A stretch of DNA of 64,000 bases from Spirochaetia bacterium. Lineage in GTDB: Bacteria > Spirochaetota > Spirochaetia > UBA9216. Below, piece by piece: positions 19,113-29,171 of the stretch. The position numbers were made by a program, and so were the translations under genes. Numbering within the stretch: position 1 is the first letter of the stretch; each line of letters starts with the position of its first letter. The notes under the pieces were generated by a model. That model was not told the DNA's origin and made no database searches. It worked only from the letters and a program-made list of their open reading frames with translations. The stretch covers positions 5,056,001-5,120,000 of the forward strand of contig OY776510.1 of assembly GCA_963675665.1 (NCBI GenBank). Reading direction: 5' to 3'.

Positions 19113-20558
19113 TTATTCTCCTAATCCCAATTTTCCAGGATTCATAATATTTGATGGATCAAGAGCCTTTTTAATGTATCTTGCCAGCTCATACCCTTCT
19201 CCGTAGGCCTCTTTCATTAATGAGCCCAGGCGCATTCCGACGCCGTGATGTTCGTTTATTACCCCTCCGTTCTTCAGGGAAGCCCTGACGCAGCCGTTTA
19301 CGATTTTTGTATATATCCTCATGGCAACTTTTTCATCCTGCGGGAAATCCTTCAGAATGAAGGAGGGATAAAAACTTGTTCCCCAATCGTACCAGTGAGA
19401 AAAATGCGCATGAAATTTTGCGTCGTATTCCTTAAAATCTTCTTCAACAACTTTCTTCATTGCCCAGTAACAGTCTTCTATGTTCTCATAGGGAGCTACC
19501 GTATCCATAACAGCCATCATCCACGGAAAATAAATATAATCCTTCGGGGGATAATATGACTGGTACCTGTTCTCCCACCAGAGCTTTGCCGTTTTTTCTC
19601 CAAGGTTTTGGGCCCCCATGTCTGCAAGAATTTTTTCCGCCTCGGCTACAAGCACTTCCACGACCTTTGCATTTCCGTCAAAACCGATAACCAGAACACT
19701 GCCGTCGGCATCAAGCCCGTACTGGTCTTTTAAAATGTGCGCCGTGTCTATTTCATCATAAAGCCTCATTAGACAGGGCGTAAGGCCGCTTGTCATCAGC
19801 TTTCTTCCGGCCTCTATTCCCGTCTTCAGATCCGGAAGCAGATAGGTTCCGAAAGATCTTTTTTCGGGAAGTTCATAGATCTTGCAGACTGCTTCTGTAA
19901 CAATACCGAGAGTTCCCTCAGCCCCGAAGAACAGCCTCGAATAATCAGGCCCGGAAGAGTGCCTGTTTACAGGAAGGCTCTTAAAAACCTTGCCCGTCGG
20001 AAGAACAACCTCGATCTGCCTGACCAGGTCCGTCATCTTCCCGTATTTCGAAGAAAGAACGCCGGTACCGTTGGTTGCAATAAATCCGCCGACTGCCGAA
20101 GTTGTAAACGAAGCCGGAAGGTGGTTCATAGTGTAACCCCTTCGGTTCAAATAAACCTCAAGATCTTTCTGAAGTATTCCGGGTTGAACCCTTACGGTAA
20201 GCGAACGCTCATTAAGTTCAATAATCCGGTCCATTCTTTTCATATCAACAACAATACCGCCGTTGATCGGAAGGGTTCCGCCGACATCGCCGGCCCCTCC
20301 TCCGCGGGGAACAAGCGGGATTTTGTGTTCATTACTGAATTCCACCAGCTTCACAACATCTTCAGTAGTCCGCGGGAAGGCTATTGCCATCGGTTTCGGA
20401 ATATCCAGGTTCTTGTTGTTTAAAAGAAACCTTGTAATCCACCATACATCAAGGGATTGGGCATCAAGCTCAACCTGATCCGTAACGACATTTTCCTCGC
20501 CCAGAATATCCTCAAGTTCGTACTGAAGGTATTGTTCCAAAAATTTTGTTTTGTTCAT
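19113..20558 (-). CDS. VAO/PCMH-family flavoprotein, alkyl-DHAP synthase (ADPS/YgcU)-like
   Basis: PRGGG..GG, HLPASF..SAVGGFIAT.G.G.LSSKYG, GAEGTLG, HFSHWY, NEHHGVG, LDPSNIMNPGKL. Confidence 0.85.
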   Translation of the reverse strand: MNKTKFLEQYLQYELEDILGEENVVTDQVELDAQSLDVWWITRFLLNNKNLDIPKPMAIAFPRTTEDVVKLVEFSNEHKIPLVPRGGGAGDVGGTLPINGGIVVDMKRMDRIIELNERSLTVRVQPGILQKDLEVYLNRRGYTMNHLPASFTTSAVGGFIATNGTGVLSSKYGKMTDLVRQIEVVLPTGKVFKSLPVNRHSSGPDYSRLFFGAEGTLGIVTEAVCKIYELPEKRSFGTYLLPDLKTGIEAGRKLMTSGLTPCLMRLYDEIDTAHILKDQYGLDADGSVLVIGFDGNAKVVEVLVAEAEKILADMGAQNLGEKTAKLWWENRYQSYYPPKDYIYFPWMMAVMDTVAPYENIEDCYWAMKKVVEEDFKEYDAKFHAHFSHWYDWGTSFYPSFILKDFPQDEKVAMRIYTKIVNGCVRASLKNGGVINEHHGVGMRLGSLMKEAYGEGYELARYIKKALDPSNIMNPGKLGLGE

Positions 20559-20578
20559 AACTTCTCCAAGTAAAATAT

Positions 20579-20737
20579 GGGGATCTCTAAAAACTTCAGT
20601 TAAAAAACTTTAGTTTAAAAACTTTAGTTTTAGAGATCTTCCCTAGATTTAATGGAGTTTAATTATTTTCCGGCAAGGAAATAATTAAACTCCAGGGCAC
20701 CTCTGATAATCCCGGTACAGGGTTATTGGAGGCGCCC
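20579..20737. repeat. Three consecutive inverted repeats (REP/MITE-like)
   Basis: gggatctctaaaaact...agttttagagatcttccc; tggagtttaattattt...aaataattaaactcca; gggcacctctgataatccc...gggttattggaggcgccc. Confidence 0.7.
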
Positions 20738-20743
20738 ATATTT

Positions 20744-21745
20744 CTATAAACCGCTTGAAACCGGGGCCCATTCAATCGGGATTCCGGCGGAAAGCGCGAT
20801 ATCGCGAAGATTCTCCATTGTTTTAAGTTCATCCTGAATTGAAGGCACCGGAACACCGCCGTTTTTTACAATATCTATAAAATGTCTGAATTCACCTACA
20901 TAGCCGTTAAAAACGTGACTCTGGTTCGGGCTGATTGGGTTCCAGTCGTTTGTCCAGTGCGTTCCGTTCTCAATATCGCAGAACTGCACTTCCCTGGCGT
21001 TTGTTATAATCGCCCTTTTCCCCTTATCACTTAAAACCTCAACCCTTTCAACAAACTGACCCGGACCGCCGTAAGTGCCCCAAGATAAAGTTCCCAAAGC
21101 ATTATTTTCAAATCTTAAAAGGGCCGAGAGCGCTCCGGTTCTGTCGCTGTCTCTGTGTGATATTGCATTTATCTCTTTTATGCTGCCTGCAATTGAAATA
21201 ACAAGATCAAGGTTATGGCACTGCCATTCAAGCATGCATGTGTAAAAGGTCGGAAACACCGTAAAGCCGTGCATCTTGCTGTCTATCTGAATTATATTGC
21301 CGAACTCTTCTGTATTTGATACATGTTCCCTGAGCTTGTTATAGGCAAGCCCGTGTCTCTTCTGGTGGCCCACTTGTACGGGAACTCCCGCAGAAGAAGC
21401 CACATCGCTTATCTGCCTGGTCCCTTCGACATTAATGGCGGCCGGCTTTTCAAGGAATACCGGAAATCCCGCCCTGATTACTTCCGAAGCAACCGCAGGA
21501 TGATGTTTTGCGCCCAAACAGACAAAAACGGCATCAGGTTTAACCTCATCAAGCATTTTATGGAAATCGGTATAAACTTTCTTCCAGCCGTATTTGTCCG
21601 CCAGTCTTTCAGCCCTGTTAATGTCCAGATCGCATACTGCCGCCCTTTCGATATCATCAAAGAAATGCAGAGACAGGCTGGGAAAATGATTCGCTTCAGC
21701 AAATATTCCGGCACCGATAATTGCCAGTTTAAATTTATCACTCAT
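20744..21745 (-). CDS. Gfo/Idh/MocA family NAD(P) oxidoreductase
   Basis: IIGAG, VFLEKP, VGHQKR. Confidence 0.88.
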   Translation of the reverse strand: MSDKFKLAIIGAGIFAEANHFPSLSLHFFDDIERAAVCDLDINRAERLADKYGWKKVYTDFHKMLDEVKPDAVFVCLGAKHHPAVASEVIRAGFPVFLEKPAAINVEGTRQISDVASSAGVPVQVGHQKRHGLAYNKLREHVSNTEEFGNIIQIDSKMHGFTVFPTFYTCMLEWQCHNLDLVISIAGSIKEINAISHRDSDRTGALSALLRFENNALGTLSWGTYGGPGQFVERVEVLSDKGKRAIITNAREVQFCDIENGTHWTNDWNPISPNQSHVFNGYVGEFRHFIDIVKNGGVPVPSIQDELKTMENLRDIALSAGIPIEWAPVSSGL

Positions 21746-21761
21746 TTATTTACTCCTAAAG

Positions 21762-21817
21762 TTACACGAGTAGCTACTCGTGTAAATCATTATATTTTGT
21801 ATACTTTTATATGTCAA
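21762..21817 (-). promoter_or_regulatory. Sigma70 promoter TTGACA-N17-TATAAT with a downstream 24-bp perfect palindromic operator
   Basis: -35 at 21817-21812, -10 at 21794-21789; ttacacgagtag|ctactcgtgtaa at 21762-21785. Confidence 0.85.
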
Positions 21818-21835
21818 CCATTTTCTGAATAATAA

Positions 21836-23374
21836 TTAAATGCTGTTTTCCAAAGACTCCAGAATCTTAACGGCAGCAGTCTGCGCGCCTTTCATTACCC
21901 CCGCAACCCCGCCTCCGCTTTCGCTTTGCGAGCCGATTAACCACAAATTTTCGACCGGTGTTTTATAGGAAGGATTAGACCTGCCCCGCACAGGAGCAAT
22001 TCCACCGAAAGAATGGTGTTTCTGATATACCATGGTTCTGAAATCGGCAGGGCTCACTATTTCACGCGTTATTGTACCCTCTTTCAGGCCCGGCACAAAT
22101 TTTTCCGCTTCCGCGACAAGCCGATCAGCCAGCGCTTCCTGCCGGTCTTCCCATTCGCCGTCCTGAAGAAAATTCGGGGCAACGGTATAGACTGTAACGG
22201 CATGACAGTTCTCCGGCGCCATTCCGGGGGAATGCATGGACGGAACATAGACAAGAAACCCGGACCGGCCTTCATGGTATTTACCGTTTCTGATTTCATC
22301 CACTGCTTTGCCGATTTCATATGTTCCGTAATAATAACATAATGCGCTTTTCTGTTTCGGGGTATAATTTACTCCCAGATGAACCATAAATACCGATTCC
22401 ATATGAACCTGGTCGCGGATTATTTCCCTGTAATCTGCCGTCAAACAATCAGGCCCAAGCAGATCAGACAGCAATTCCTGAGTTCCGCCGGTATAGATTA
22501 CGATATCGGCTTTTTCCGATACACCGTTAACAACAACCCCTGCAACGCGGCCGCTTTCCACTTCAACGCGGCTAACCGGAGCAGAGGTGCGTATCCGACC
22601 GCCGGCGCTTCGTATACTTTCAATAACCGCCGACACCAGGGTTTCACAGCCGTTACTGATATACCGATATATTGTGCCGCAATCCGAGCTGTTATCGGCA
22701 TCCAGGCCGCGGGCATCAAAAGCGCTTTCAATATTAAAAAAGGGTACACCGAGCGCCGGGAATTCATCCGGTTTCACCATCAAATCAGCAAGGATGCCGG
22801 TAAAAACAGCCCGCAACCCGGGAGAATTAAAAAAATATTTCATCAGCCTGTCGGCGGACCATGATTCATATTTTTTTACGGAAAGATAATTCAAAAGCAA
22901 TAGAACCCGAGCTATTGAAGAACCGGCCTTTCTTCCGACATTTGAACGGCGATTGATTTTCATAATCCGGCACATTCTGCGGTAAAACCTGTAGTAACGC
23001 CTGATTCCGGCTGCCTCGGCGGGGAATTCATTTATCAGAAAATCTCTCCGCCACAGATCGCCGGTATATATATCCGGCTTCCACAGGCTGAAATCCGGAA
23101 ACACTATACCGCGATCAGAAGGGGGCGTCGAAAAAACATCATTAATACCAATCTCGCTGAGAATCCGTGTTCCGCTATCTCCTTTCCCGAACCCGTCAAG
23201 AAGAAGAGGCCCCAGGTCCCAGGAAAAACCGTCTTTGTGCAGTGTTCGCGTAACGCCGCCGGGCTCCGAAAACTGTTCATAAACTACAACCTCATGACCC
23301 GCCCTTGCCATATATGCCGCAGCAGTCAGACCGCTCATTCCGGAACCGATTATTGCAATTTTTTTCTTATCCAT
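21836..23374 (-). CDS. Phytoene desaturase / retinol saturase-like FAD oxidoreductase (paralog of 12579-14135)
   Basis: IIGSGMSGL..EQFSEPGG..GFSWDLGP; MESVFMVHLG; HHSFGG; likely start MDKKK. Confidence 0.8.
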   Translation of the reverse strand: MDKKKIAIIGSGMSGLTAAAYMARAGHEVVVYEQFSEPGGVTRTLHKDGFSWDLGPLLLDGFGKGDSGTRILSEIGINDVFSTPPSDRGIVFPDFSLWKPDIYTGDLWRRDFLINEFPAEAAGIRRYYRFYRRMCRIMKINRRSNVGRKAGSSIARVLLLLNYLSVKKYESWSADRLMKYFFNSPGLRAVFTGILADLMVKPDEFPALGVPFFNIESAFDARGLDADNSSDCGTIYRYISNGCETLVSAVIESIRSAGGRIRTSAPVSRVEVESGRVAGVVVNGVSEKADIVIYTGGTQELLSDLLGPDCLTADYREIIRDQVHMESVFMVHLGVNYTPKQKSALCYYYGTYEIGKAVDEIRNGKYHEGRSGFLVYVPSMHSPGMAPENCHAVTVYTVAPNFLQDGEWEDRQEALADRLVAEAEKFVPGLKEGTITREIVSPADFRTMVYQKHHSFGGIAPVRGRSNPSYKTPVENLWLIGSQSESGGGVAGVMKGAQTAAVKILESLENSI

Positions 23375-23378
23375 TACA

Positions 23379-24812
23379 TTAAATCCCGATTTCTTCAAGT
23401 TTTTTCCGGTTTTCTGCAGCCTTCTCCGGGGTCAGATTATATGAACGGATAAACAGCAAGGTGCTGCCCAGTACAAGTAGAGCAGGTACAAGGGCGGTAT
23501 GAATCCTTATCCCGACCAGGACCGCCTGCCATCCTTCCGGATTGGCCGCCTGCTGGGCAGCCAATGTCGGCGCCCCTTCCACAAAACCGGTTGCAACATG
23601 GGCAAGAGCAATTACAAGTGCCTTAAACGCTTCCCCAAACCTTACTATAAAAGACTGGAACCCGTAATATATTGATTGCTCTCGTTTTCCGTTTCGGGCG
23701 GCTACATCGTCAAGAACATCTCCCATTGTCGGGGGGTCCATAAACCATTGCCCCCCCAGGCTTATTCCAAATAATGCCAGGCATGCTATCCATTGCCACA
23801 ATTCTGAGGCAAAAAGCATCGGAACAAATGAAACTGCCATAACAAACCCGGCAGATACGCTCATTTTTTTATTATTATTTATTCTCTGGGCGACTGCAGA
23901 CCAGACCGGGGTTGAAACCAGGGCGCCGATTAACATTGCTCCCATAAGAAAAATCAGGGAATCATTTTCAGGATCATCGAGTATATAGGTGACAACATAA
24001 AGAGCTGAAGCATTAATCAGCGCAACAGCTGCCTGGTAACCGAAAAAGAAAAAATACTTGGACCTGACGATTCGATCTGACAAAACCTTCTTTGCTACCT
24101 GGGAAAACGACTGATGGACCTCTTTGGAAACACGCTCGGCCTGAATATACTTTGCTCTCAGTCTTTTATTTTCATAAACTCCCGGCAGAATTAAAATGAA
24201 AAAGAGGAGCCCGCCGAACATGGTAACAAATGCCGCCTGCCTGTAACTTTCAGGACGATTCTGACTAACAATCATTCCTGTTATAACGAAGGCAAGAACA
24301 ATTCCCAGAATTCCCAAAATTGTTCCCCAGGTCTGCACAGCCCTTCGTTCATTCGGTTTTGAAAATTTAACGGGAAACAGAGACGCGCAATTAATATCAA
24401 AAAGAGTAAAAAATGTATCAAATATAACAAGCGATACAATATACCAGGCGAAAAGACTGCCTGTATTGCCGTCGGTTCCCCAGTTCAGGGGCACCAGGAA
24501 AATGCACAGATATGACACCATCCACGGAATTCCGCCAATCAGGATCCAGGGAAATCTTCGAAAATGGCGTTTCTTCTGCCACGGCATTTTCAGCTTTTCC
24601 ATAAGGTAGCCGATTATGGGATCGTTTGCGGCATTCCAGATTGCAAAGATCAGAAACGCGGTCAATGCAAGTTCCGAAGGCAATCCTATTACACTTTCAT
24701 AGTAGAAAAAAGTATACAAACTGAATGCTGAAGTAAACCATTGAGAAAACATCTCTCGCGAACCAAAACTGGCATGAACCAACCGTGAATTATCATAGCC
24801 GTTATTTTTCAA
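23379..24812 (-). CDS. Divergent GPH-family MFS transporter
   Basis: WNAANDPIIG, RRFPWILIG, about 12 TM segments. Confidence 0.82.
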   Translation of the reverse strand: MKNNGYDNSRLVHASFGSREMFSQWFTSAFSLYTFFYYESVIGLPSELALTAFLIFAIWNAANDPIIGYLMEKLKMPWQKKRHFRRFPWILIGGIPWMVSYLCIFLVPLNWGTDGNTGSLFAWYIVSLVIFDTFFTLFDINCASLFPVKFSKPNERRAVQTWGTILGILGIVLAFVITGMIVSQNRPESYRQAAFVTMFGGLLFFILILPGVYENKRLRAKYIQAERVSKEVHQSFSQVAKKVLSDRIVRSKYFFFFGYQAAVALINASALYVVTYILDDPENDSLIFLMGAMLIGALVSTPVWSAVAQRINNNKKMSVSAGFVMAVSFVPMLFASELWQWIACLALFGISLGGQWFMDPPTMGDVLDDVAARNGKREQSIYYGFQSFIVRFGEAFKALVIALAHVATGFVEGAPTLAAQQAANPEGWQAVLVGIRIHTALVPALLVLGSTLLFIRSYNLTPEKAAENRKKLEEIGI

Positions 24813-24855
24813 TTTCTGCCTCCTTTTTCCAACCTAATTCCGCTGTCGATCATGC

Positions 24856-25767
24856 TTATAATATAATCGGCTGGGACCACGCTTTTTTACCTTCCGGCGA
24901 GACAATTTCCAGCCTTATATATTTTTCATGACCGTCAATTTCATAAACAGCTTCGGTAAGAAGCTGATTCTTCCCGGAATATATCTGCTTTCCAAAACAG
25001 GGACCGGTTATAAACGCTGCGGACACCGAAGGTGAAAACCCGGCAACGATCATTCCTCTTTTATTTTCCCCGTATGATTTTTCCGGATTACCTGGTTCTT
25101 CAATCCTGAAATCAAAAATCTCGGGACCCTGGGTTGAATAAAACATACCCTGCTTCAAAGACTGCATAATACCTGCAATAGTCAGGTTACGGCTTTTCAC
25201 CATAATCCATCCGGCATACCTGTCGTCCATGTAATGAGAATCATCACATGCAATACCTAGTACCGGGCCGGCCCTGTCGAGAAGATCATCCCAATGCGAT
25301 TCTGAAAAAGCCCTGCCCATTTTATCGCAGGCTGTATTAAAGACTTCCATTGCAAAGTAACCTTTCAGCGGCAGTAAATCCGTAACGGTATGCCCAGACC
25401 AGTACGGATGCGCAAGAACCGAAAGACCGCCCTGCCCGGCGACCTCTTTCATTATTTCATTAGGATGTCTTTCTTGTACAGGAATTTTTTTATGAATATT
25501 TATAGCAACAATATGATAAAGGGTTCCTCCGTACGGATTATCAGGATGCAGTTCACTGCCGGGAATTACCAGAAAGTCTTCATCTGAATATCCCGAAACA
25601 GTACTCACCTCATGGTGGTCCGTTATTACCACAAAATCATATTTATGCTGTTTATAAGCTTCAACACAGTCTGATATCGAAAAAGAGCCGTCTGATACGG
25701 TACTGTGAATGTGAGTATTTCCGCGATACCATTTTCCGTCTTCTTTGAAAGGATTATTATATTTCAT
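24856..25767 (-). CDS. PHP-domain metallohydrolase (CehA/McbA-like)
   Basis: GNTHIHS.VSDG, ITDHH, AHPYW, DDSH. Confidence 0.82.
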   Translation of the reverse strand: MKYNNPFKEDGKWYRGNTHIHSTVSDGSFSISDCVEAYKQHKYDFVVITDHHEVSTVSGYSDEDFLVIPGSELHPDNPYGGTLYHIVAINIHKKIPVQERHPNEIMKEVAGQGGLSVLAHPYWSGHTVTDLLPLKGYFAMEVFNTACDKMGRAFSESHWDDLLDRAGPVLGIACDDSHYMDDRYAGWIMVKSRNLTIAGIMQSLKQGMFYSTQGPEIFDFRIEEPGNPEKSYGENKRGMIVAGFSPSVSAAFITGPCFGKQIYSGKNQLLTEAVYEIDGHEKYIRLEIVSPEGKKAWSQPIIL

Positions 25768-25779
25768 TGTATTTTAAAA

Positions 25780-26604
25780 TTACTCCTTGATTGCGCCCAT
25801 GGTTAAACCGCGCACCAGATATTTCTGTGTAAATGCGATGAAAACTATAGGCGGTATAATCGAGAAAACGGCGATACTGGACAGTCTTCCCCAGTCCAGC
25901 TCAAAAACACCAAGCGAATTATAGAGTTCTATAGGCAGTGTCCTGATTTTTTCACCTGTAATGAAAACTGCAAATAAAAACTCATTCCACAACCCGATAA
26001 AAGCAAGACTGGATGCAGCAAATATTCCGGGCAGCACCATCGGGATAACAACATATCGTAATATCTGAAGCCTTGTACAGCCGTCCAGTTGGGCCGACTC
26101 TTCAACCGAAACCGGAACATCCTGAAAAAAACTGATCATCATCCATGTTATCAGCGGTAAAGCAACAACGACATACATTACAATGAGCGACAGGTAGGTA
26201 TCCAGCTTATCCAGTTTGTACCATATGATAAAATAAGGAATTACCAGCGATATCGGCGGTACTATTCTCAACCATAGCGTAGACTGGGACAGAACCTTCA
26301 GCCACCTGTTCTTAAACCTCGAGATTATATAACCGGTACAGACTCCCAGGCAGGTAGAAATTATTGTGGCGCTTACGCCAATTATCACACTGTTTTTTGT
26401 TGCTTTCAGAACTTCACGATTAGTAAACTGAACGATATAATTCTTCAATGTCGGCGAAAATAACCACTTCGGCGGCATCGCAATAGCATCAACATGGGTT
26501 TTAAATGAAGTAAAAAACACCAAAACAAATGGGAACAATGCAATGCAGACCATTAAAAAAATAAAAACATATTTGGCAGCTTTAATTAAGTTATATTTAT
26601 TCAT
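25780..26604 (-). CDS. Carbohydrate ABC permease (MalG type)
   Basis: EAA loop VEESAQLDGC; WNEFLFA; QKYLVRGLTMGAIK. Confidence 0.92.
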   Translation of the reverse strand: MNKYNLIKAAKYVFIFLMVCIALFPFVLVFFTSFKTHVDAIAMPPKWLFSPTLKNYIVQFTNREVLKATKNSVIIGVSATIISTCLGVCTGYIISRFKNRWLKVLSQSTLWLRIVPPISLVIPYFIIWYKLDKLDTYLSLIVMYVVVALPLITWMMISFFQDVPVSVEESAQLDGCTRLQILRYVVIPMVLPGIFAASSLAFIGLWNEFLFAVFITGEKIRTLPIELYNSLGVFELDWGRLSSIAVFSIIPPIVFIAFTQKYLVRGLTMGAIKE

Positions 26605-26617
26605 TTTATATTTCCTT

Positions 26618-27514
26618 TTACTCCGCGCCGAATTTGCTGTATTTAAGCAATGTGTTTATTAATACCATCACTAAGACGAAGAACATAAATGTAGAAGCGG
26701 AACTGTATCCTGTATGATAATAATTAAATGACTGCGCAGTTGCATACATTGAAATGTTTTCCGTGGTACTGCCCGGCCCTCCCTGCGTCAGGATATAAAT
26801 TTCATCAAATATTTTAATAACCGACATAAACCTGAAAATGCAGGCTACAACTATAACCGCCTTGATATTCGGTATTATCACCTGAAAAATTCTTTGTATA
26901 AAATTAACCCCGTCTATTTCTGCAGCCTCAAGGATGGAAACTGGAATAGCCGTTATTCCGGCATATAAAATAAGCATGATGAACGGCGTTCTTACTATAA
27001 CTTCCAGTACCATAATCGCAATGATAGCGTTAAACCTGCCTTCAAACAGAATGAATGGAGGAAGTTTCAACAGTTCCAGAAAATAATTAAGATAACCGGC
27101 ATAAGGGTGATAAATAAGATTCTTGAAAGTAAAAGCTACAACAACCGGGGCAATAATAAACGGAATCATTAATAAGGTCCTGACTACCGATGAATATTTT
27201 GATGAAAAGTCCTTACCCGCAAGAATATATGCATAAATAAACCCCAGGATCAGTTCAAGCCCGACGGCAACAATACCAAAAATAATTGTAAACGCTATTG
27301 AATATAAAAATCTGGTATCAGAAAACAGATGAAAATAATTTTTCAGCCCGATAAAATTTGTTTCTTTCTGGATCAGGCTGAAATCCGTCAGCGAAACAAT
27401 GAATGAATATAAAACCGGAACAAATCCTATAACCAGGATAATTATTCCGATTGAGATCGTAAATGTGTTTGCAAATTTTTTATCGTCTTTTTTTACTTCA
27501 TTCCAGGTAGACAT
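26618..27514 (-). CDS. Carbohydrate ABC permease (MalF type)
   Basis: EAAEIDG, FDEIYILTQGGPG; ATG 27514 follows AGGAG. Confidence 0.9.
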   Translation of the reverse strand: MSTWNEVKKDDKKFANTFTISIGIIILVIGFVPVLYSFIVSLTDFSLIQKETNFIGLKNYFHLFSDTRFLYSIAFTIIFGIVAVGLELILGFIYAYILAGKDFSSKYSSVVRTLLMIPFIIAPVVVAFTFKNLIYHPYAGYLNYFLELLKLPPFILFEGRFNAIIAIMVLEVIVRTPFIMLILYAGITAIPVSILEAAEIDGVNFIQRIFQVIIPNIKAVIVVACIFRFMSVIKIFDEIYILTQGGPGSTTENISMYATAQSFNYYHTGYSSASTFMFFVLVMVLINTLLKYSKFGAE

Positions 27515-27609
27515 AAAAGAACTCCTACATTTGTACACTTCACCTCGGAAATAACAGGACAAAACAGCAGGTCAAAGCGTCCATAATACTTAATTCGCGC
27601 TTCATTTAA

Positions 27610-27635
27610 ATGGAGGGGAGTTATCTCCCCTCCAT
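27610..27635 (-). terminator. Stem-loop after the SBP gene
   Basis: atggaggggag-ttat-ctcccctccat perfect 11-bp stem. Confidence 0.65.
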
Positions 27636-27659
27636 CAAACGGAATTTTAAAATCATTTT

Positions 27660-29051
27660 TTATTTCACTGCAGATTTGACACCCAGTGCGGCAAGATATT
27701 TATCCGCGTCGGCGCAGGCTTCTTTTACAGTTTTAATACCGGAAACAACATTGTTCATCTCTTTGGATATGATATCGGCAATTTCAGCATATTTTACATT
27801 TGCTATTTGAGGAGACGGATTAATACCGTTATTCATCATCCAAAGCTGGCTGTCAATGAATTCCTGGCTGGGCATCGCAGCTAAATACTCCGGCGTTTTA
27901 TATGAAGTCTCCCTTCCGGGGGCCCCAAAAATTGCGCCGAATGCTTCATCGACGTTGGGAGAAGTCAGATACTCAATCAATAACCATGCAGCTTCTTTCT
28001 TTTTTGAGTCCTTATTAATACACCACCCCCATTCCCACAGGGGATCCTGTCCGCCGTCTTTCATTACGGTAGGAGTATAACCTACACGGCCGGCAACTGT
28101 TGACTTGGTTTCATCTTCCGCTGTTCTCCAGGATGTGTTTCCGGCGATTGCCATGGCAAGAAGTCCATGATTAAAAGCTTCCGATATATCAGGCCATGAC
28201 CAGTTTGCTGATCCCGGAGGCGCATATTCTTTCAGCCAGCCGGTGTAGAACTCCATGAATTCAATCCCTTTTGGTGTCTGGAGGTTGCTGACCATATTAT
28301 CGAAGTCTACCAAATCCAGCCCGTAACGGCTTGCAGAACAGAACATACTCCATCCGCCTTCGCTTGAACCGGGCAATGCCCTGTCTACATAAGCGTACGA
28401 ATTTATTTTTCCGTCCAGTCTGGCCTGATTAACTGCTTCTGTGACCTTTTCATATTCTTCCCATGTTTTCGGAGGCGACAAATCAAGCAATTCAAAAACA
28501 TCTTTCAAATAATAGATTAGATAATATTGTGCAGTCCACGGGATATATACCAGTTCTCCTGATTTCGCTCTGCCCGCATTCAGAACATCTTTGGAAAAGC
28601 CGTCAAGCTTATACCATTCCAGATCTGTTAATTCAGGATTATTCAGATACGGTTCAAGCGGTTCCAGGTACCCGGGCACTGCAAACTCTTCACGGTTGGA
28701 AATCCCGATAGCGGCGACATCATAATCCCCCCTGCCGGTTGCGAAATCAGCAAGCTGAAGCCTCTTTCTTTCCGAATCTACAATTTGAATAAAATGCACT
28801 TTTATTCCCGTCAGTTTTTCAAAATCTGCAAGCGGGGCCTTGAAATTATCTGTTGTGCTTGAAGCATAACTCAGTAAATTCAATTCCGTTCCGGCGCAAC
28901 GGGTCCAGTCGATATTTCCCCAGTCGCCGGGCAACCCTTCTATTACTATTTCTTCCGCAGATTCACCCTGACCGCCTGCGAAGGATAAAACAGGAGTAAA
29001 AAGCAGAACAATAGTAATTATAAGAAAACCTGTAAAACAGTTCCTTTTCAT
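27660..29051 (-). CDS. Carbohydrate ABC (CUT1) substrate-binding protein
   Basis: Signal ending AGGQGES; SBP_bac_1-like motifs; upstream of two permeases. Confidence 0.88.
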   Translation of the reverse strand: MKRNCFTGFLIITIVLLFTPVLSFAGGQGESAEEIVIEGLPGDWGNIDWTRCAGTELNLLSYASSTTDNFKAPLADFEKLTGIKVHFIQIVDSERKRLQLADFATGRGDYDVAAIGISNREEFAVPGYLEPLEPYLNNPELTDLEWYKLDGFSKDVLNAGRAKSGELVYIPWTAQYYLIYYLKDVFELLDLSPPKTWEEYEKVTEAVNQARLDGKINSYAYVDRALPGSSEGGWSMFCSASRYGLDLVDFDNMVSNLQTPKGIEFMEFYTGWLKEYAPPGSANWSWPDISEAFNHGLLAMAIAGNTSWRTAEDETKSTVAGRVGYTPTVMKDGGQDPLWEWGWCINKDSKKKEAAWLLIEYLTSPNVDEAFGAIFGAPGRETSYKTPEYLAAMPSQEFIDSQLWMMNNGINPSPQIANVKYAEIADIISKEMNNVVSGIKTVKEACADADKYLAALGVKSAVK

Positions 29052-29171
29052 AAATAATCTCCTTATTTTTATTAAACGCTGATTAAAAAATTAACCTCCT
29101 TTTTCTATTGTTTATGCTTAAACATTAAATCTCATCAGTCATTCTGAATGTATTTTGATGTTTAACCTTAT

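Noticed and set aside
20579-20737. Possible CRISPR array or structured ncRNA
   Set aside because: Inverted rather than spaced direct repeats; no spacers or cas genes; no recognised RNA family motif
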